A stretch of 42,152 nt of DNA, taken from assembly GCA_937871125.1 (NCBI GenBank), contig CALMXT010000154.1, positions 1 through 42,152 of the forward strand. The letters run 5' to 3'. Of this stretch, positions 35,496 through 42,152 are shown piece by piece. Origin of the DNA: an uncultured Zoogloea sp. (GTDB lineage Bacteria; Pseudomonadota; Gammaproteobacteria; Burkholderiales; Rhodocyclaceae). A model generated the notes under the pieces. It saw only the letters and a list, made by a program, of their open reading frames with translations, had not been told where the DNA came from and searched no databases. Made by a program: the position numbers and the translations under genes. Positions within the stretch are counted from its first letter, which is position 1. Every line of letters starts with the position of its first letter.

Positions 35496-37592
35496 ATGGA
35501 GTCCATCCTTTCCCAGTTTTCGGCGTGGTGCTACGCCTTCGCCACGGTTCTCCACGGGCTATTCGGGCTTTACCTTGGCGTGGCTTGGCACAAGGGTCGG
35601 CAGGGTGTCTTTCTCATTGCCGCGATAGCGAGCAGTGCGCTCTGGGCGGGTGCGAGTTGGGCTTTTGCCGCTACGGGTTGGGTGTGGGTTTTCCATCTAG
35701 GCAATCTGCTCGACGTGCTGCGAATGGCGGCTTGGTTCGGGTTTCTGGTGGCGATGCTCACTCAGCCGACCTCCGGCATTGCCGACAACGGGCTGCCGGG
35801 CTGGCCCAGGCCGGGGATGCTGGCCGTTGTCTCGCTGGCAGCGCTCGGCGTGGTGTGTCTGACCCTGGGCCTGCCGCTGTACGGAACGCCCTTGCGGACG
35901 TGGGCCGCGACGTCGCTGCTGACCTCCGTTTTTGGGCTCGTGCTGCTCGAGCTATTCTATCGTTCGGTCACCGAGCGCTCTCGATGGGGTATCAAGCCGC
36001 TTGTCCTGGCGCTTGGCGGCCTGTTTGCGTTCGACGTCTATCTGTACTCCGAGATGCTCCTGTTCAGCCGTATCCATCCGGTGATCTGGGGCGTCCGCGG
36101 ATTTGCCCATACGCTCGCCTTGCCGTTGGTGGCGGTGTCGGCTTCCCGCAACCCGGAATGGACCTTCCGTGTGTCGGTATCCCGTCACGTGGTATTCCAC
36201 TCCACGGCGCTGGCCGGGTCCGGCGTGTACCTGCTGATCATTTCGGCTGCCGGCTACTACATGCGCTATTTCGGTGGCGAGTGGGGCGAGGCCTTGCAAC
36301 TGGCGCTTCTTTTTGGAGGAGTCCTGTTTCTTGGCACGATCGTTGTATCGGGAGCCTCGCGGGCGCGCCTCAAGGTTTTTCTGGCGAAACATTTCTTCGC
36401 CTATCGCTACGACTATCGTGCGGAGTGGTTGGGCGTCACTCAGGCGCTGTCCGTTGCTGGCGATGGTCTCAGCCTCGGCGAGTCTGTTGTGAAGGCTTTG
36501 GCCGATCTGGTTGAAAGCCCTGGCGGTGGCGTATGGCTGCGCGATTCGAGTGGTTGCTACAACCAGCAGGCGCGTCTCAACATGCCGCACTACGGCCTCC
36601 AGGAGCACGAAGGGTCCGATTTCACCCGTTTCATGCTGGAACGTGAATGGATCGTGAACATGCAGGAACTGCGCAGCGGTGTTTCGTCGGGCAACCAGAT
36701 GCATTTGCCCGATTGGGTTTCCGAGTTGTCGGATATGTGGCTGGTCGTGCCCTTGATTTCATCAGGTGTCCTGGTGGGCTTCGTCGTTCTCCTCACCCCA
36801 CGCACGCCGGTCGACGTGAACTGGGAGGTGCTCGATCTGCTCAAGATGGCTGGGCGGCAGGCGGCGAGTTACTTCGCCCAGATGCAGGCGGCTGAAGCCT
36901 TGCTGGAGGCGCGCAAGTTCGATGCCTTCAACCGCATGTCGGCGTTCGTGGTGCATGATCTGAAAAATCTTGTCGCCCAGATGTCGTTGATGCTGCGCAA
37001 TGCCGAGCGTCACAAGGACAACCCGGAATTCCAGGCGGACATGCTCGATACCGTTCGGCACGTCGAGGCGCGGATGCGCAGCCTGATGACTCAGTTGATG
37101 GAAAAAACCCCCATCAATCAGCGCAAACCCGTCCAACTGAAAGCTTTGCTGGAACATATCGTTCAGTCCAAGAGAATGTTCAATCCTCGCCCAAAACTGA
37201 TCGAAGGCGCCCCTGAGTTGTCGGTGATCGCCCATTCCGAAAGGCTTGAGCGCATCCTCGGGCATATCGTGCAAAATGCCCTGGACGCTACTTCCGAGCA
37301 TGGTAGTGTGTCGGTGGAGCTATCCCAGGAGCGTAATCAGGCATGCATCGTGATTCGCGACACCGGATCGGGGATGTCGACCGCATTCATGCGGGATCAG
37401 CTTTTCAAACCCTTTCAGACAACCAAGGCGACCGGGATGGGGATTGGTGCCTATGAGGCTCACCAGTATGTCAGCGAGTTGGGGGGCAGCATGGAGGTGC
37501 AGAGCGAAGTGGGTGTCGGCAGCCGCTTCGAGATCCGCCTGCCTCTTGCCGCGGATGCACAGAATGCGGGTAACAAAGCGGTAGCAGACTAG
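35496..37592 (+). CDS. prsK: PEP-CTERM system histidine kinase
   Basis: Multi-TM N-terminus, VSRHVVFHS, KHFFAYRYDYRAEW, GAF-like region, FNRMSAFVVHDLKN, GMGIGAYE. Confidence 0.92.
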   Translation: MESILSQFSAWCYAFATVLHGLFGLYLGVAWHKGRQGVFLIAAIASSALWAGASWAFAATGWVWVFHLGNLLDVLRMAAWFGFLVAMLTQPTSGIADNGLPGWPRPGMLAVVSLAALGVVCLTLGLPLYGTPLRTWAATSLLTSVFGLVLLELFYRSVTERSRWGIKPLVLALGGLFAFDVYLYSEMLLFSRIHPVIWGVRGFAHTLALPLVAVSASRNPEWTFRVSVSRHVVFHSTALAGSGVYLLIISAAGYYMRYFGGEWGEALQLALLFGGVLFLGTIVVSGASRARLKVFLAKHFFAYRYDYRAEWLGVTQALSVAGDGLSLGESVVKALADLVESPGGGVWLRDSSGCYNQQARLNMPHYGLQEHEGSDFTRFMLEREWIVNMQELRSGVSSGNQMHLPDWVSELSDMWLVVPLISSGVLVGFVVLLTPRTPVDVNWEVLDLLKMAGRQAASYFAQMQAAEALLEARKFDAFNRMSAFVVHDLKNLVAQMSLMLRNAERHKDNPEFQADMLDTVRHVEARMRSLMTQLMEKTPINQRKPVQLKALLEHIVQSKRMFNPRPKLIEGAPELSVIAHSERLERILGHIVQNALDATSEHGSVSVELSQERNQACIVIRDTGSGMSTAFMRDQLFKPFQTTKATGMGIGAYEAHQYVSELGGSMEVQSEVGVGSRFEIRLPLAADAQNAGNKAVAD

Positions 37593-37596
37593 GTAT

Positions 37597-38964
37597 ATGA
37601 CTGATAAACGCAGGACTTTGCTGATTGTCGAGGATGATCCGGCACTGCAGAAGCAGATGCGCTGGGCTTTCGATCAGTTTGAAACGGTAGTGGCCAACAA
37701 TCGGGACGAAGCCATCGCACAGTTGCGTCGGCATGAGCCGGCTATCGTGACGATGGATCTGGGCTTGCCGCCGGCTCCCGACGATGTCACAGAAGGTTTC
37801 CGGCTGCTGGGGGAGATTCTGGCCCTTGCGCCGGACACCAAGGTCGTCGTGCTGACCGGTCAGCACGATCGCGAAAACGCCGTGCGGGCGGTGGGAATGG
37901 GCGCTTACGACTTCTTCGCCAAGCCTTTTGAGCCCGAGTTGCTGGCCTTGACGCTTGACCGCGCTTTGCGTCTTTACGATCTTCAACAGGACAACCGACG
38001 TCTGAAGGTGCAGCAGGGCAGTGCCTTGTCCGGCGTCATTACCCGCGATGCGGGGATGTTGAAGGTGTGTCGCCTCATCGAAAAGGTCGCGTCGGCCAAC
38101 GTGACAGTCATGCTCCTCGGCGAAAGCGGCACCGGCAAAGAGGTGCTGGCACGTGGTTTGCACGAGCTTTCGCCACGTCGCAACGAGCGCTTCGTGGCCA
38201 TCAACTGTGCCGCAATTCCTGAGAATCTCCTCGAAAGCGAACTCTTCGGCTATGAAAAGGGCGCGTTTACCGGTGCGGTCAAGCAGACCCTCGGCAAGAT
38301 CGAGGTGGCTCACAAGGGCACGCTCTTTCTCGATGAAATCGGCGATCTGCCGATGCCGCTGCAAGCCAAGCTGCTGCGTTTTCTGCAGGAGCGGGTCATC
38401 GAGCGGATCGGCGGGCGCGAAGAGATTCCCGTCGATGTGCGGATCGTTTGCGCCACCCACCAGGACGTAAAGGGTTTGATCCAGGCGGGACGTTTCCGGG
38501 AAGACCTTTATTATCGCCTCGCCGAGATCGTCGTCGACATCCCCGCGCTGCGGTATCGCGATGGCGATGCGGTGCTTCTTGCCCATGCTTTCGTTCAGCG
38601 TTTTGCCGGCGATCACGGTCGGGGCTCCATGAGTTTGACCGACGACGCGGTGCAGAGCATCGAGTTGCACCGCTGGCCAGGCAATATCCGTGAGCTGGAA
38701 AACGCCATCAAGCGAGCGGTCATCATGGCCGACGGCAATTGCATTTCGGCAGACGATATCGGCCTTGACGTCAATCCCGACGAAGAACTCGAGGCTTTGA
38801 ATCTGCGTGTCGTGCGCGAAGAGGCCGAGCGGCGTGCCGTGGTGCGCGTCATTGCACGGGTAAATGGCAACGTTGCCCGCGCGGCCGAGGTGCTCGGGAT
38901 CAGCCGGCCGACCCTTTACGACCTGATGAATCGTTTCGGAATCAAGAAAGAGACTTCAACGTGA
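37597..38964 (+). CDS. prsR: PEP-CTERM-box sigma54-dependent response regulator
   Basis: LLIVEDDPALQKQMRW, TMDLGLPP, GESGTGKE, GAFTGA, Fis-type HTH LGISRPTLYDLM; follows prsK. Confidence 0.92.
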   Translation: MTDKRRTLLIVEDDPALQKQMRWAFDQFETVVANNRDEAIAQLRRHEPAIVTMDLGLPPAPDDVTEGFRLLGEILALAPDTKVVVLTGQHDRENAVRAVGMGAYDFFAKPFEPELLALTLDRALRLYDLQQDNRRLKVQQGSALSGVITRDAGMLKVCRLIEKVASANVTVMLLGESGTGKEVLARGLHELSPRRNERFVAINCAAIPENLLESELFGYEKGAFTGAVKQTLGKIEVAHKGTLFLDEIGDLPMPLQAKLLRFLQERVIERIGGREEIPVDVRIVCATHQDVKGLIQAGRFREDLYYRLAEIVVDIPALRYRDGDAVLLAHAFVQRFAGDHGRGSMSLTDDAVQSIELHRWPGNIRELENAIKRAVIMADGNCISADDIGLDVNPDEELEALNLRVVREEAERRAVVRVIARVNGNVARAAEVLGISRPTLYDLMNRFGIKKETST

Positions 38965-41765
38965 CCCAGAAAATCATGCAGATGTGTGCTCAGACCAAAC
39001 GTAGCAAAGTCCGGAATGTTGCCGTCAGCGCACTTTGCGCTTTGCTCCTTGCCGCATGCGGCGAAAGCCCGGAGTCGATGGTCGCATCCGCCAAGCAATA
39101 CATCGCCAAGAACGACAGCAATGCGGCGACCATCCAGCTCAAGAACGCGCTCCAGAAAAAGCCGGATGATGCCGAGGCCCGTTTTCTGTTGGGCAAACTC
39201 TATGCGGCCCAGGGCGATTATCTCGGCGCGCAGAAGGAACTGACTCGTGCGCTCGATGCGGGGTATTCCGCCGATGAGGTCGTTCCCTTGCTGGCCAAGG
39301 TTTTGCTTCAGTCCGGCCAGGGTGAAAAGATCGCCACCGACTTGGCTAACCGCCAACTCAGTCAGCCCGAGACCAGGGCTGCGCTGCTGGCTACCCAGGG
39401 TCTCTATCAGTTGGGGCAGGGCAAGCGTGACGATGCCGTGGCGCTCTTGAACTCCGCCTTGAAAGAGTCTCCCGGCTACCCGCTCGCAAAGGTCGGTTTG
39501 GCCCGTCTGCGCGCACTCGACCGCGATTTTGCGGGCGCGTTGGCCGATCTTGACGGAATTCTCAAGGATTCCCCGAAGCTTGCGGAGGCGCTTTCGCTGC
39601 GTGCCGATCTGCTGGCCGCCCTGAACCGGCCCGACGAAGCTGTTTCGGCCTATGAGGCTGTGATTGTCGAAAGGCCCACGGACGTCGGAGCTCACCAGGC
39701 GCTTGTGTCGCTGCTGCTGCAGCAGGGCAAACTGGATGTCGCGCAAAACAAAATCAACGAAATGCGCAAGGCTCTTGGGGCACATCCGTTGGCGGTGTAC
39801 CTGCAGGCTTACCTCAACGCGCGTAACGGCAAGGCCGCAGAGGCCTACGATCAGATTCAGCAGGTGCTGCGCAGCGCTCCGGAGTACATGCCGGCGCAGT
39901 TGCTTGCCGCGTCTCTGCAACTCCAGCGTCAGGATTATGTCCAGGCGCAGGAGAATCTCCAGAAGGTGATTGCGCGGGCACCCAACATGCAGTTGGCCCA
40001 TCGCCTGCTGGTTGCTTCGTACATCGGGATGCGCGAACCGGGTCGTGCGCTCGAAAGCCTGCAGCCGCTGCTGAAGAACAAGGTCGACGATGTCGCTTTG
40101 CTGAATCTGGCTGGCCAGGTCTATGCGATGAACGGCGACTTTGCCCGTTCCGAGGAGTATTTCGGGCGTGCGAGTGCCGCCGATCCCAAGAACGCGCAGT
40201 ACCGCACTCGTCTCGGTGTGTCGAGGCTGGTCGGTGGAGAGACCGATCAGGCGTTCCATGATCTCGAGGCCGCTTCTGCACTCGATGCCGACAACATCCA
40301 GGCCGACATCACACTGATCGTGGCGCACTTGCGTCGCAACGAAATCGCCAAGGCGGTCGCTGCGGTCGGCATTCTCGAAAAGAAGAAGCCGAACGATCCC
40401 ATCACCTACAACATGAAGGGTGGTGTTCTCCTTGCCAGCAAGGATATGGCCGGTGCGCGCAAGGCTTTCGAGAAGGCTCTGGAGATCAAACCGGACTTCC
40501 TGCCGGCCTTGAGCAATCTGGCCCGCCTCGACATTGCAGATAAAAAGATCGACGTGGCGCGCAAGCGTTACGACGATTTCATCGCCAAGAACCCCAAATC
40601 GAGTCTTGCCTACTTGCAGGGTGCGGAGCTTCTCGCTGTGACGGGAGGAAAGGCCAAGGATATTCAGGCCATGCTTGAAAAGGGGCTGGCAGCCGTCCCG
40701 ACCGCAATGCCGATCAGAAGTGCGCTCGTCCGCCTTCTGGTGCAGAGCGGCGACACGAAGCGTGCGCTGACGCTCGCCCAGGAGGCATCGGCTGCTGCGC
40801 CGGACGATCCGGCTGTGCTTGATCTATTGGGCCGGGCCCAGGTTGCCGCCGGCGAAAATCAGCAGGCGCTCAGCACCTACGGCAAGCTGGCTTCTCGGAC
40901 TCCCAATTCGCCTGCGCCCTTGATTGCGATGGCTGATCTGCAAATGGCCGGCAAGGATTCCACTGCGGCCGAGCAGAGCTTGCGCAAGGCTCTGGGCGTC
41001 AAGGCGGATGCCGTTGAGGCTCAGCAGCGCCTCATTGCGCTGTTGGTCAACGACAAGCGTGGAGATGCGGCAATAAGCGTTGCCAAGGACATTCAAAAAC
41101 AGCGTAAGGATGCGGCGGTCGGTTTCATCCTTGAAGGCGAGATACTGGCGGCCACGGGCAAGAAGACCGAGGCGGTCGAAGCCTACGGCGAGGCGTACAA
41201 ACGCGACAAGAGTGCGCAGTCGCTCATCCGGCTACATGCAGCGCGTTTGGCGGCAGGTCAGGTACCGGAGGCGTCCAAGCTGGCCACCGAATGGGTCAAG
41301 GCAAACCCGAAGGACTTGGTTGTCCGCTCCTATCTTGCGGAACGCAGCCTTAACGAGCGGAAGTTTGACCTTGCGGTGCAACAGTATCGGCAGATGGTTG
41401 AACTTGCGCCGAAGAACCCGATGGTGCTCAACAACCTCGCCTGGGCGCTCGGCAAAATCAACGACAAGAGTGCCATCGGTATCGCGGAGCAGGCGGTTGC
41501 GCTGGCGCCGAACAGTCCGATCGTGCTCGACACGCTGGGCGTGTTGTATCTCGAAAACGGCGATGTCGCAAAGGCACTGGAATATCTCAAGAAGGCCGTC
41601 AGCCTCGGACCGAAGGTGCCGCAGTTGCATCTGAGTCTGGCGCGTGCCCTCATCAAGAGCGGCGACAAGGCCGGTGCCCGCAAGGAGCTGGATGAGGCGC
41701 AGCAAGGTGTGCCAGAAAAGACGCCGCTCCGCGTCGAGATAGACAAGCTTCGTGCGACGCTCTGA
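38961..41765 (+). CDS. prsT: PEP-CTERM system TPR-repeat lipoprotein
   Basis: Lipobox LAAC, AATIQLKNALQ..PDDAEARFLLG, many TPRs, VLNNLAW..LDTLG; follows prsR. The exact start (GTG 38961 or a nearby ATG) is uncertain. Confidence 0.9.
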   Translation: MTQKIMQMCAQTKRSKVRNVAVSALCALLLAACGESPESMVASAKQYIAKNDSNAATIQLKNALQKKPDDAEARFLLGKLYAAQGDYLGAQKELTRALDAGYSADEVVPLLAKVLLQSGQGEKIATDLANRQLSQPETRAALLATQGLYQLGQGKRDDAVALLNSALKESPGYPLAKVGLARLRALDRDFAGALADLDGILKDSPKLAEALSLRADLLAALNRPDEAVSAYEAVIVERPTDVGAHQALVSLLLQQGKLDVAQNKINEMRKALGAHPLAVYLQAYLNARNGKAAEAYDQIQQVLRSAPEYMPAQLLAASLQLQRQDYVQAQENLQKVIARAPNMQLAHRLLVASYIGMREPGRALESLQPLLKNKVDDVALLNLAGQVYAMNGDFARSEEYFGRASAADPKNAQYRTRLGVSRLVGGETDQAFHDLEAASALDADNIQADITLIVAHLRRNEIAKAVAAVGILEKKKPNDPITYNMKGGVLLASKDMAGARKAFEKALEIKPDFLPALSNLARLDIADKKIDVARKRYDDFIAKNPKSSLAYLQGAELLAVTGGKAKDIQAMLEKGLAAVPTAMPIRSALVRLLVQSGDTKRALTLAQEASAAAPDDPAVLDLLGRAQVAAGENQQALSTYGKLASRTPNSPAPLIAMADLQMAGKDSTAAEQSLRKALGVKADAVEAQQRLIALLVNDKRGDAAISVAKDIQKQRKDAAVGFILEGEILAATGKKTEAVEAYGEAYKRDKSAQSLIRLHAARLAAGQVPEASKLATEWVKANPKDLVVRSYLAERSLNERKFDLAVQQYRQMVELAPKNPMVLNNLAWALGKINDKSAIGIAEQAVALAPNSPIVLDTLGVLYLENGDVAKALEYLKKAVSLGPKVPQLHLSLARALIKSGDKAGARKELDEAQQGVPEKTPLRVEIDKLRATL

Positions 41766-41804
41766 TAGCGCTATTTTTTAAGAATCGAAATTAGGAACGA
41801 GCAA

Positions 41805-42152
41805 ATGACGACCATCGCAGTAATCGGCCTCGGCTACGTAGGCCTGCCTCTCGCCGTCGAGTTCGGCAAAAAGATGAAGACCGTCGGTTTCGACCTCCAT
41901 CAGGAAAAGGTCGACGCCTACGCCCGCCATGTGGACCCGACCGGCGAGGTGAACTCCGAAGACCTCAAGGCCGCCGTACACCTCACCTGCAGCACCGATC
42001 CGAAGATCATCTCCGAAGCCGACTTCATCATCGTGGCGGTGCCTACCCCGGTCGACGAAGCCCACCAGCCGGATTTCACGCCGCTGGTCAAATCGTCCGA
42101 GAGCGTCGGCAAGTACATGAAGAAGGGCGCCATCGTGGTGTACGAATCCACC
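41805..42152 (+). CDS. Nucleotide-sugar dehydrogenase (UDP-glucose/UDP-GlcNAc 6-dehydrogenase, TviB/WbpO-like), truncated by the window end
   Basis: Not in the ORF track; manual translation gives MTTIAVIGLGYVGLPLAVEFGKK..GFD...IIVAVPTP...IVVYEST; AGGA RBS upstream. Confidence 0.9.
   Translation, partial: MTTIAVIGLGYVGLPLAVEFGKKMKTVGFDLHQEKVDAYARHVDPTGEVNSEDLKAAVHLTCSTDPKIISEADFIIVAVPTPVDEAHQPDFTPLVKSSESVGKYMKKGAIVVYEST

Noticed and set aside
41778-42151. Minus-strand ORFs at the right edge of the window
   Set aside because: They are antisense to a clear nucleotide-sugar dehydrogenase starting at 41805 on the plus strand.

Overview
High-GC betaproteobacterial chromosome segment; gene content suggests Rhodocyclaceae (inference). 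From left to right: an acyl carrier protein of the type seen with exosortase A/PEP-CTERM loci; assimilatory nitrate reductase nasA with its own sigma54 promoter and NtrC-like boxes; a two-gene accessory module (standalone metacaspase plus a 2033-aa lipase-lipase-macro-like-CHAT-TPR protein) between nasA and ybiB; two tandem beta-hydroxyacid dehydrogenases, a LEA_2 lipoprotein and azlCD; a minus-strand run of mtnA, class II aldolase, hybrid kinase, REC-HD-GYP and a GGDEF-EAL protein; ybdL, PP0621, pilS and pilR; a MASE1-CHASE-GGDEF-EAL protein; and the start of a PEP-CTERM/EPS locus (priming sugar transferase, prsK, prsR, prsT, truncated nucleotide-sugar dehydrogenase). The best candidate for an undescribed system is the metacaspase/lipase-CHAT pair. 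All four catalytic centres look intact. The metacaspase p20/p10 linker motif TRGD recurs as TRGD and SRGD in the linkers after each lipase domain. An 11-nt anti-Shine-Dalgarno in the last metacaspase codons is perfectly complementary to the RBS of the large gene. Together these suggest a protease-cascade-activated lipase effector (possibly defence or cell death); this function is inferred, not shown. No rRNA, tRNA, CRISPR array or transposase was recognised.
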